In this document: positions 1 to 10,358 of the stretch, piece by piece | How positions within the stretch are numbered: position 1 is the stretch's first letter | How the letters are laid out: the number at the start of each line of letters is the position of its first letter | NCBI GenBank assembly: GCA_003971905.1 | Contig: RSEE01000095.1 | Span: forward strand, 186,001-246,803 | Length of the DNA stretch: 60,803 bases | Direction of reading: 5' to 3' | Source: Moniliella sp. 'wahieum' | Lineage: Eukaryota | Notes under the pieces: generated by a model | What the model was told of the DNA's origin: nothing | Databases searched by the model: none | What the model saw: only the letters and a program-made list of their open reading frames with translations | Translations under genes and position numbers: made by a program

Positions 1-17
1 ATACCCTCGACCACGGC

Positions 18-1661
18 ATGACCACTGTTCTCTCCAGGCTCTTTTCCCTTGCCGATATGCAGGATGTCGTGCAGACCGTCCCGCCGACGATTAAAGAGTC
101 GGGTATGTATATGTTTGTGCTCTTTCCTCTTGGGTGCCATCACAATGGTCGAAGAGAGGGTGGAAAGGCTGACGACCTGAGGACGTGGTTTTGTATTTGG
201 TGGCCTCTATCGGTCGGCATAACAGCGGACCAGCTGAGGGCTGAGCAGGCCAAGATGGCGCGTGCGATCGAGGGCCAGTTAGACAGCATCCAACAACACA
301 TGTTAATGCAACAAGACGCAAGCAAAAACAGGTCCGTATATCCCCCCTCCCACCTTCCCTTTGCATTCCCTCCCTCTCTTTTTCTTCCCCCAAAAAGCAA
401 CGTATGGAGAGGAAGCTGAGTCGCACCCCCCATTCCTTACATACACCAGCCTATGCCGGTCGCCGCGTGCCAAGTCACCGACCTTGCGACGCAAGTGGAA
501 ACCGTACAAACTCACCTCCAAACCCTGCACACCAAGCTCGACACGCTCTACCCGCTTGTCTGCCCCCCAACCTGAATCCCTTACAACAAGCCGTCGATGG
601 CGTGGCGCAGTCTCTGGCGCTCGGCATTGCGAGTGTGAAAACGCATCTGACACAGCTCGACGATACCGTTGCCACCGAGGGGAGCAAGTGGAAAACGGGG
701 TTAGAAGCTGTACTCAACGCCCAGGCAGATGCCGTGCAGGCGGTACAGAGGATGCACCACACTCCTTTCCACGACCACCAACGTGGTCTGGATAACGTAC
801 TTGACGCCATACATTCCCTGGCGGAAAAAGTTACGCTTCTCATGCCCTTGGTACACTCGGGTCCACCTCCCCCTCCAGTCTCACGTACCACCAACCCTCC
901 ACTTCCTATTCCGACCACCCCCGTCGCCCTTCCTACTCTTCATCACACACAATGTCGTCCGACCAGACCGTCATACCTCCCTCCTCCCTCCCCGCCGAAG
1001 TCCCCGCCCACTCGCCTCGCCTACATCCACATCCACACCCACATCCAGACCCACGCCCACACCCTTCATCTTCCCCGCCGGCACCCGTTCGCCCTGCGAC
1101 CTATTTGCAGTGGTTCACCAGCGGGAACAAGTCCAGGTACTGGACGAGTCCCAGACGGATGTGGAGGTGGAGATGGAGATGAATTGTACCTCGGTCCCCG
1201 TTCCCAACACGCCCGAGATGCGGGGCAAGTTGCGTCCCCGTTGCGTGCCCGCTGCAACCGGGATGGACACGCAGCCTGCCACCCACCTCGCACGCCCACG
1301 TCCCCCGCCCCCTGCCAACAGCAAGGCCATGCGCGATCCGGGACAGAAGGCCAAGGCCAAGCGCGAACCGGGGGGGAACGCTAAGGTCAAACGCGACCCC
1401 GCTGGACACAGGAAAGTCAAACGTGAACGCGAACGTGAACGTGAACGCGAACGCGAGCCAGCTGGGCACGGCAAGGTCAAGCGCGAAGCTACAGCTACAG
1501 TGACCGATCACAAGAGCCGAGCTTCGTCGCCTACTGCACAAGCGGCCTCGCGCCGTCGTCGTAGGCGCATCCTGAGTACCACGGCCGGTCTGGGTCTGGG
1601 CAGGGCGATGCCCGCCATGCCAAGGAGCACAAGGCCACGCGAAGGCGGAAGGGAGCGGTAG
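18..1661 (+). CDS. Hypothetical protein with coiled-coil-like N-terminal part and basic low-complexity repeat C-terminus (approximate limits; probably spliced/frameshifted)
   Basis: Overlapping + ORFs 18-419, 404-1384 and 729-1661 give amphipathic segments (QLRAEQAKMARAIEGQLDSIQQH; LDNVLDAIHSLAEKVTLL) and a KVKRE/D-repeat tail ending at TAG 1661. No family recognised. Confidence 0.35.
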
Positions 1662-2449
1662 CTTCAGCACCCACTGTAACATGTAATGGTTTGTTGACGG
1701 TTCCCAATTCCAGGTATTACCCTGATTGAGGGGGGTATGGGTCTAAACTATAAAATAGTATGGTACAGAAGGCACGGTGTGTCTTTTGTTGGGGCGTGTT
1801 TTGTGTTCCCTTTGCGGGCTAACATCTTACATGGATACCGCACCATGTGCATGATGAGCGGGCCACTATATGATCCAAACTAGAGTCTGTGCTGCCAGGG
1901 ATGTTAGGAAGAAACTGAGAGATCTCTGGGCAGAGATCAAGGAGCGGATGCAGCAATGTGGAAACCCTACTAACGGAAGAGAGAAGAGTGGCCGAGAGGC
2001 GAATGTGGTGAGACGCAGATTGAGCTTTAATTCGTGAGCCTTTTGGAGACTGGCACAGTCCAAGACCAGGCCACTGTGCTGTGTGGGATGAGAAAGAGTC
2101 GGCATATCGTGCTTCGATGCCTATAGCTGAGCCCAAGGGAGATAGATGAGTACGAAGGTGGGTTTGGCGGGGTGCCACTCAGTGACGATTTCCCGGCAGG
2201 CGTGGCCGTCGGTATATAAATACGTCGCTCTGGGAGTTGTAAACCGGCGTACTAACTCGCTCAGATAGGCTCTTAACGCCACGGATCCTTGTAAATCAAT
2301 CTATTTGAAACGAATGATATAGACTACCTGCCAGTGCACACTCCAACAGCTGGTTTCCCAAAGGATATAATGGACATGCGGATGGACCGAGGTTGGGGTG
2401 CACCCAACACAGTTTTGAAGAGAGAGGAATGAGAGCCAAGGACCTAAGC

Positions 2450-3625
2450 TTACTCGAAGACGGCCTTGAGCTTGCGCGGGCCGAGGAAAGCGTCGGCCTC
2501 CTCGCGGGTCTGGAACTGACCGTGACCGTGCTTGGACGAGGTGTCGATCCACTTGAGAGCGACGTTCTCGAGCGCAGCACGCGAGGTGTGGTGAGCCATC
2601 GACTTACGGAGAGTCACCACGCGCTTCTTGGTGCCGGGGATGGAGCCCTTGAGCAGGACAAAGTCCGAGTTGACGATACCGTAGTGAGGGAAGCCACCCA
2701 TGGGCGTGATGGCCTTCTTGGTAGCGTCAAACTCGGTCGAGCCCGAGCCCTCCTCCGAGCCAGTGGCGATCCGGTAGATCTTCTTGTTGAGCTCAGTACG
2801 GTGGTGGTAGCCGTCCTGACCAGCACGGGCGACAGTGAAGCGCACGTTGGCCGGGTGCCAGGCACCAATGCAGGCAACCTTACGCAGACCACGGTGGGTC
2901 TTGCGAGGCAGCTTCTTGACGCCCCAACGGGCCACCACACCCTCGTTACCGTGACCCTTGGTGATCGAGATAACGTCAACAATCTCGTTCTCGGCAAAGA
3001 CCGACTTGAGGTCGACCGTCTTCTCAAAGTGCTCCTTGGCAAAGTCGACCTTGTCGGAGATAGAGCCACCGTTGACCTGGATCTCCATCAGGTGCGCCTT
3101 CTTCTGCTTTAGACCAGTCTTGGAGAGCTGGGTGTGGGCAAGCACACGGACGACCGTGCAGTACTTGCGGATGCGCTCCAGCTCCTTGCTGATCGAAGCA
3201 CCGCCATCCTCAGAGTACTTCTTGGCGTAGGTAGTGAACGCCTTGCGCTTGGAGCGGTACCAGTTCTTGTAGAAGCGACGCTTGACTTCCTCGGACAGGT
3301 GCTCGGCCCAGACGGTGGTCAGGGCACGAAGACCCTTGGGCGTCTCAATGTACCCAACGGCACCCACAACCACCAGAGGAGGCGCCTCGACGACGGTAGC
3401 CGACTCGACAATCTCCTTCTTGTGCATCTTGGACCCAGGGCGCTCGAGCTCACGCACAATGTGGGTCATGCCAGCCTTGTAGCCCAGGAAGGCGGTCAGG
3501 TGGACGGGCTTCTTAGGGTCGTCCTTGGGGAACGCACGCACGCGTCCGCGCGGGTGGGCGGCACGCTTGCGCGGAAGGAAGGCAGTGCTGCCGTGGCGGG
3601 GGTGCTCGTACTTGCAGTGGGACAT
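2450..3625 (-). CDS. RPL3: 60S ribosomal protein L3 (uL3), intronless, 391 aa
   Basis: Intact ORF from ATG 3625: [75 protein letters not shown], the characteristic eukaryotic uL3 sequence. Confidence 0.98.
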   Translation of the reverse strand: MSHCKYEHPRHGSTAFLPRKRAAHPRGRVRAFPKDDPKKPVHLTAFLGYKAGMTHIVRELERPGSKMHKKEIVESATVVEAPPLVVVGAVGYIETPKGLRALTTVWAEHLSEEVKRRFYKNWYRSKRKAFTTYAKKYSEDGGASISKELERIRKYCTVVRVLAHTQLSKTGLKQKKAHLMEIQVNGGSISDKVDFAKEHFEKTVDLKSVFAENEIVDVISITKGHGNEGVVARWGVKKLPRKTHRGLRKVACIGAWHPANVRFTVARAGQDGYHHRTELNKKIYRIATGSEEGSGSTEFDATKKAITPMGGFPHYGIVNSDFVLLKGSIPGTKKRVVTLRKSMAHHTSRAALENVALKWIDTSSKHGHGQFQTREEADAFLGPRKLKAVFE

Positions 3626-5670
3626 GGCGGTGGAGGGCGGCGTTGTCGAGTCGTCTGCCCGTCGTTTTCCGTAGCCAGTCGGCGGCTGGAAGCGGCGGCA
3701 GCAAAAGAAAACGCACACGCAAAATGATAGGGTTGCCGCATTGCACCGTATGACCCCCTGCGGGGTTCTATTTATTGCGGACGGCCACCCGGGGGGTCTA
3801 GTGCCAGTGCTGGCTGCAGCTACAATCGCAGGTCAAACTTTCAGTCGGTCGCATCGCCCACTTTAACCCCCGGCCGCGGCAGACCAATGGGCTCAGACGA
3901 GGCCCAACACGTCCCAAAGCAACGCAACACTTGTTAGTTCTCAGTAGCACCCCCGTTTTGGTCAGGACAGCACTGCAGGGTTAGCCAAGAACGACAGCAA
4001 TGAGATCCTAGTCATGCCATCCATCCTCACCCGCCCCGACGCCGGAGGTGGGTCGAGGGTTGAGAAACCCCCCCTTACCCAGTCAGCTGTGTGACAGATG
4101 CGGATGTGCATCGCCACCCACTTCCCCGGCAGCACCCGCCTTGTTGTCCTCACGCCGACGGATGCGTACTTGGAGCTCACCCACCTTCTTCCAATTGGGG
4201 TTACTATGTTGCCACCGTTCATGCATTGCTCTCATTCTCTACCCGTTCTGATCCAAGCCCAATCGCTATGGGCATATACGACACCCTATGGCCCAGTCGA
4301 GCGAATTTGGCGCGACACTGGAAATATGGAAAACCTACACTAATACATTTCTGAGTGGCTCGACCGAAACATGTGAGAAGATGGAGATCGATCCCTTTGC
4401 ACAGAATGGCAAGTTCGAATTGGCTTTCGGGACCGATGAGCCGTGTCGAGCTGTCCAAACCCACCCCCTTGGCTACGAAACCCACTTGAGCCAGGCAGAG
4501 TTCGAAGCTGGCTCTCGTAAGAATGCGTTATCTGTCTCTCCAGCTCGCGCGGGGACCGTTGCATCCGTCTTAGTTCCAAATGTGGCTACACATCTTGCAC
4601 ATCTTGTTTCGAAGATGGGATTACCTTGTATCATAACCCTTAACCCAAGGTGACTTCCCAGCTGTTCGTGCGTGTCCGACCATCGAGGGCGATGCTGTGC
4701 ACAAGGAACGGAATTCTCCCCAATGACATACGCTCCGACTGCTTCAACATGATAGAATTGAATTTGACGATGACGATGAGGTCGACGACCAGAAACGGCT
4801 GTGTGGATGTGCTCCGGATCGGAGAAAAGTTTAGCCTTCTCTTTTCTCCATCATTCACCACACCACCTATACCCAACAGATCGCGCTTATCATCCATCTT
4901 CTGGCCGACAAACCCACCTCTTTGTCACACCTTTGCACACGAATTGACTATACACGGCCCTTCAGACGCGGATAAATGACGGTCATAATGTTGTATAGTA
5001 CCAGCAATGGATTATAACCGACACGATGTATCTCCGTTGAGGGCGATTGCGAGTTCAGAAGGTACATTGACTTCACTGTGATGGTGATGGTAGCTTCCCC
5101 AGACAGAGACCATGTGTTTGATGGTGGTAGTAGGTTACCGCGCGTTGTATTTGCGCCTGCACATTTTTCTTTGCGCTCTCTTCATCTCTCTTTATCTTTT
5201 GCTAGTATCCTCTCCTCCCCTTTGCCTGTTCATCTATCTTTGAGCCATTGACCACTTTCACCTGCACTCCCGGCATCTTGATCCCACTTAAATGCCAATC
5301 TGTCTACTATTTCCTTTCTCCCTTTTGCCGGTGTTCAGCTGTAGAATGATATGGATGGTGGCTGTGAGAGTAGCAAACACGAGACACTGGCTTATGCTTG
5401 GTCCTGCCTCTGCCAGTTCGTAATTAGAGGTTGGCGCCTGAGGTGTTTTGAAAGGTGAAAGCAACATCCCCGGCTGCTGTGTATGTGACGGGTGAGACTG
5501 AGGCGATTGATTGGTGATGCATGATGGTCCTCGGCGGAAAGCAGGCGCGGAACGCGGGCCCTGGCGAATAATAAGGCCATTGCAGGCCATCCCAAGCCAC
5601 GCCCCCGCCAGACAGCGCCGAGGGACGACACTTCAATCCAGACGCTGGCACTGCTCCGGCTGAGCCACCA

Positions 5671-6432
5671 ATGTCTGTCCCACGCTTGGGCCTTGGCGTG
5701 CGCACCTTGAGCACCGCGTCTGCCCTCTGTGCTTCTGCCCCTCCCGCGCGTCCGCCCCCTTCCTCTGTCTCTTCCTCTTCCTCTTCTTCTTCCTCTCCTT
5801 CTGCCGCTGCCGCTCCTGCCCCCACTCCTGCGCCCGACGGCGACTCGGACCACAGCAAGGCCCATCCCTACACCCTCGCCGAATTCCGTGCGCCCATCGA
5901 GCTCGACCACAATGACTTCCTATCCCGCCATCCCTTCTGGAGTGGCATGGCAGGTCTGCTGAGGCTGCGCCGAGTCCCCCACTCGTGGTACTACCGCGAC
6001 TTGCTCCAACGGCTCGAGGTGAGCCAGATGCAAGCGCGCCTGCGCACCGCCCACCTCGACCTGTTTCACCAACAGTTTTGGCGTGTGCGCGGGGACCCAG
6101 CAGCTCTCGCTGCGCCATCAACGCGCAGCCTTGCCCAACTGCCCCAGCCATCGTTTCCTGCCACCTCTTCATCCACATCACCTCCTTCCCCTCAACCCAC
6201 CGACCCCGCCGTCGTGGCCAGCGAGGCACCCCCGTTGCCGAGCAAACACCGACCTAGTACGCTGGATGTGCTCTACCATTCCCGTGTTGGTTCCGAGCCG
6301 GAACGTGAGTACAACCGTGCGCTCTTTTCGCAGCTCCTGCCCACGTTGCGCCCTAGCTGGGAATTTGCACGGCTCCAAATGTGGGTCCGCATTGTGGGTC
6401 GGGTTGAGCGTCTGTTGGGATGGGGTCCCTAG
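5671..6432 (+). CDS. Putative mitochondrial COA8/APOPT1 (DUF2315)-like protein
   Basis: Arg/Ser/Ala-rich presequence-like N-terminus (MSVPRLGLGVRTLSTASALC). Motifs HPYTLAEF, LDLFHQQFW and EYNRALF resemble fungal APOPT1-family proteins as recalled. Possible internal frameshifts. Confidence 0.45.
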   Translation: MSVPRLGLGVRTLSTASALCASAPPARPPPSSVSSSSSSSSSPSAAAAPAPTPAPDGDSDHSKAHPYTLAEFRAPIELDHNDFLSRHPFWSGMAGLLRLRRVPHSWYYRDLLQRLEVSQMQARLRTAHLDLFHQQFWRVRGDPAALAAPSTRSLAQLPQPSFPATSSSTSPPSPQPTDPAVVASEAPPLPSKHRPSTLDVLYHSRVGSEPEREYNRALFSQLLPTLRPSWEFARLQMWVRIVGRVERLLGWGP

Positions 6433-7058
6433 GCGTCCCTTCCTCTCTTGCTTTGGTGCATTGGCCCTGCCCCTCTTTTGCATTTGCTCAAAAATCTCAT
6501 CTAGTATCGTCATCCATTTGTGTTCCGGTTGGGTTGGACTGGGGTGCTAGTGCCCCTCCGCCGAGTCCAGCCTGAGTGAGACGTTCGGTTAATGCGCTGC
6601 ACCATAGTAGGACAAGTCCAAACTACATACGTCCCTCACCTGAGAGGAAAGCAAGACTTGTATGGCTACCCACGTCCGATTGAAACCTAAGAAACCGCGC
6701 CGAAGAGAGGAAGAGGAAGTGACGAAAAGTGAGGTCAGTAGACTGCGGCCTGTGAGTGCCCTCTGTCCATGTGTGCCTTTGGAAACCGCTGGTGTTCGAA
6801 GCTCCCGCCATACCAAGCATGGGCAGCAACGGTGGTGGTAGTGCTGTCAGGCCTAACAACCAGAATAACCCTCTGGCTTAGTAGAGTGCGCAGGGCTGAT
6901 TAACGTTTAACGTTTAACGCCGTGGCGCTTCCCCCACAAAATGAAATCAAGTAGGTGCGGGGTATGTGTACGTAAGCACTCGGTCCTAGCCTGGTTCCAC
7001 CTGGGCTGCCCGTCGAAGGCCACCAACTGCCATCCCCATCGGCATTTCCGTCGCGATC

Positions 7059-7128
7059 GCCACCACCACCACCACCGCCACCACCGCTATCGCCGCCACC
7101 ACCACCGCCACCACCACCACCACCACCA
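7059..7128 (+). repeat. Imperfect (CAC)n/(CGC)n microsatellite upstream of the FabD-like gene
   Basis: ccaccaccaccaccaccgccaccaccgctatcgccgccaccacc... read directly. Confidence 0.85.
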
Positions 7129-7157
7129 CGTTATCCCAGTCCACATCCACTACACTG

Positions 7158-9755
7158 ATGGGTAGGATGCGCACCTGGCCTGCGCCGCCACTGGCCAGAC
7201 TGCGTGTCGGTGCGCGCCGGTTTCACACGAGCCCCCATCGGCCCGCAGAACGTCGGCCTCCCGGCTCCGGCGCAGCGGCTGTGCCTCTCGGCGTGCGCGC
7301 CTCTCCCGACACGCGCGTTCACGCCATTGGCGGTGCTTCTCACCCCCCTGGCTCGACGAACCGCCTGACACTGACTGGGCCTTTGGAGGCGGCGACAAGA
7401 GTCGCTCTGGGCCTCGCGATGCTCCAGGTAGCCTCCGCACGCCGGTACCCGCCGGAGGCACGACTGGCACCGCTTTTAGTTCTCCCCCCCGTGTACAGTG
7501 TCGATGGCACGAACCTTTGGGAGCAGATGCCCCAGATTACCTCTTCCACCGCCGCCGCCGCTGCCACCACCTCTTCCTCTTCCTCTGCCGCCACCTCAGC
7601 CTCTCCCCGCCTCCCGCCCCGGCAGGTGAGATGTTTACTTACTCAGCACCGACAAGCAGTGTTCCCGCGTCGCCCTTTGACCCGACCCCTGGTGTGCCGC
7701 GCCTAACGCCGTGGCGGTCTCCCGCGCCTGGAGAGTGAGTCGGATTTGTTGGGCCAGCGACGGCGCAAAAGCAGCGCTTCCTCTCGGGTTCCTACCAATC
7801 TACTGCGCGGGCAGCTGGCATCACAGGTTCGGCCGGGACAGGGGCGGTACCCAATTATGGGCGCAAGAACCGTATTCGTCACTCTGCAGGGGTGGGTCAA
7901 CCCGAATCAGCTGCTACTGCCGCTAGCTCTGCCTTTGCCTCTGCTCTGCCACAACGGACCATGTTTGCTAGTCCCTCGTCCTCCTTCAATGCCAACAACT
8001 TGGCTTCGCTCGGGTCCGACCCGCCCCTCGAACGCGTGCTGACAGCGGCGGGTCTGGCTGAGTATGCGGCGAGCCGGACCCCGACGCGGAAACGTACTGC
8101 GCTCATCTTCCCTGGCTTGGTGCGTGTTTCTCCTCCTATTTTATTGGCCTTCCCCGTGGGCCAGAGCGCGTGTTCACTTTAGCTAACTTGCTCTTTTCCT
8201 CTTCAGCTCGGATCGCATACGTTGGCATGGGACGAAACCTGTTCCGGACGTTTGCGCAAGCGCGCGACGTGTGGCAGGCGCCGAACAGGCGCTGTTTGTC
8301 TCCTCTGCCGAACCAGGGGAGCCTACTGGATATCAGGTAGTGCATTGACAGATTGTGCCGGATCGCCACTGAGCGAGGAAGAGCTCCTGACCGAGCAACA
8401 ACACCGCCAGCACTTTCTGCGCCACCTCGAGGGCGTAGACGTAACCTACACGGACCCGGTCCGTGACGCTGGTCCATCTACTACCCCTTCTGGTCCTGAA
8501 CCGTCGAAGGCGGATGGCTGCGCCAACTTGTCTTTGGCGGCGACCAACTCGCCCTGACCCGACCTGAAAATGCGGCACCGGCAACGTTGGCATGTACCAT
8601 GGCCTTTTTCAATGTGCTCCGTACTGCCTTCCTACCGATTTGGTCGCGGACCATATGATGTGCTCTGTGGCCATGGAACCGGGACGTATGCTGCGCTCGT
8701 GGCGGCTGGCCATGCGAGCTTGACGGACATGGTGCGATTGTTACGGCACCAAGGCCTGGTCACCGAACAGTGCTGGCACGACGACCCGCTCCTCTTCCCG
8801 CCCGGCTGCCAGCGGCCAGACACGGACTATGCCAGCTGGGGATTCACCAACGCCGGCGCGCAGCTGTCTTCAGCCACGGACGCAGCCGGCTCGGGATCAG
8901 GATCGGGATCTAGCTTCCGCAGTCCCTCATGACGGCGGTGATGATCCGCCCGGGCCAGCTGCAGCGCGTGTGCGGATCGAAGAACTGCGAACGCTGATCC
9001 ACCTTGGTGCGGCCCCGATCGAGGTGCGCACAGGCACGGGCGAGAGCGCCGACCAGGGCCACGAAGCGTTCTTGGACGCCCACGAACTCGTCGAGATCGC
9101 CCAGTACAACTCGCACTTCCAAATCGTCTTGTCGGGCACGCGGCGCGCGGTGGACTACGTGTGCGACGTACTGCAGCGCGAGCGACTGGGTCATCGCGCA
9201 GTCAACCTCCCCGTAGCTGGACCGTATGGGACGAGCCTGATGCGCGCGGCGGACCGGGCGGTGCAGCCGGCGATCCGGGCGTTGCCGCTGCGCGAGCTGC
9301 CGCGTGCGAAGCGGGCAGGCGGGGGGAGCGGATCAGGGGCACCTGCGCCGCCGTCGGTTGCGCAGCTGGAGCTGGTGAGCGGGTACGATGGCGAGCCAAC
9401 CAGCTCGGCGCGGGCGGTGCGGTGGGAGATGCAAGGCGGGCTGGGGCGGCCGGTGCGGTGGCTGGACGCGCTGGATCGGATGCTGGAGCGCGGGGTGGAG
9501 CGCTTCATCTGTCTGGGCCCGGGGCGGGCGGTGGGCCACCTGCTGAGCAAGGAGCTGGCGCATCGCCAGCGCGTCGAGGCGAGCAATGCGCAGCGCGGCC
9601 TGGCGGAGGTGCACCACGCCTCGGCCGCGCCGTACGACGCGCCGCGCACACCAGCCCACTACGAGGTGTGGTCCGTCGCGTCGACGGAGGATGTGCGGCA
9701 GCTGGGCGGCGTGCTCAGCCGCCTCTCCCACTCGGAGCGCGGCGGGGCGGCGTAG
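7158..9755 (+). CDS. Malonyl-CoA:ACP transacylase (FabD/Mct1)-like protein with long N-terminal extension; catalytic residues substituted
   Basis: Motifs in order across frameshifts: RTALIFPG / intron 8120-8206 (GTGCGT..GCTAAC..CAG) / YVGMGRNLFRTFAQARDVW, LTRPENAAPATLA, GHGTGTYAALVAAG, MTAVMIRPG, EIAQYNSHFQIVLSG, RAVNLPVAGPYGTSLM, PVRWLDALDRM, FICLGPGRAV. Presequence-like start (RLRVGARRFHTS). Start position uncertain. Confidence 0.8.
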
Positions 9756-9776
9756 GCGCGTCGGATGGGAGTGTAC

Positions 9777-9815
9777 TATGACTGCTATGACTGCTATGAC
9801 TGCTGCTACGACTGC
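9777..9815 (+). repeat. Short 9-bp tandem repeat (ACTGCTATG-like) just downstream of the FabD-like stop
   Basis: tatgactgctatgactgctatgactgctgctacgactgc. Confidence 0.7.
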
Positions 9816-10358
9816 TGGAGACTGCGCAGAGGACAGACTATGCGCTGTGGGTTGGGGTTTGCCAGTGTGCCCGACGGAGGAGTGCCTTGTGGCTTGCGGG
9901 GTAAACTAGCCCAGGAGGCAGCACAGACACGACGAATGACGTCATGCACCATGGGGCTCTGCATGCATCATGCATCATGCACCATTCATCGATCATCACC
10001 GTTCGCACGGGCCGATGCGATGCACCATGCAGATCCTGCTGCGATCTGGTGGGAGGCACGAGGCAGCAGGCAGCAGGCAGCAGCTAGTCGCTAGGCAGGA
10101 AATCGTTGTCTCCGCGGCAGAATCTGCGTCATGGGTGCTCGCACAGCGCCAGTGCCGGCGCTCAGGGACACCCACACTGCCCCCGTGGCGGCTGGGTGTC
10201 GTCCATCGGCGATGGGCGAGCAGGGCAGCCGTCTCTGACGTCATTCGCTCGCGGCTGTGCTGCCGCCAGCCAGTCGCCCCCCGCGGCCTCAGCGGGCAGT
10301 CGCCCAACACCAACTCTGCCTCTCCGCCACCTCCTCCTCCCCGATTCGCCCATCCGCC

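Noticed and set aside
2393..3727. Long plus-strand ORFs antisense to RPL3, and similar antisense ORFs over other genes
   Set aside because: Expected shadow ORFs from strong codon bias in GC-rich genes; no independent motifs.
3960..5300. Gene between RPL3 and the COA8-like gene
   Set aside because: Only short ORFs in several frames with no recognisable motif or codon bias; cannot be supported.
6941..7165. Poly-His ORF as a metal-binding peptide
   Set aside because: It is the translation of a CAC microsatellite just upstream of the FabD-like start; there is no other coding evidence.
7730..7745. In-frame TGA as selenocysteine or readthrough
   Set aside because: It falls in a low-complexity region of an indel-rich assembly and overlaps a possible splice donor; no SECIS or redox motif seen.
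9777..9815. Cys/Asp/Tyr-rich peptide (YDCYDC) ORF 9765-10094
   Set aside because: Arises from a 9-bp tandem repeat in the probable 3'UTR; no support for translation.
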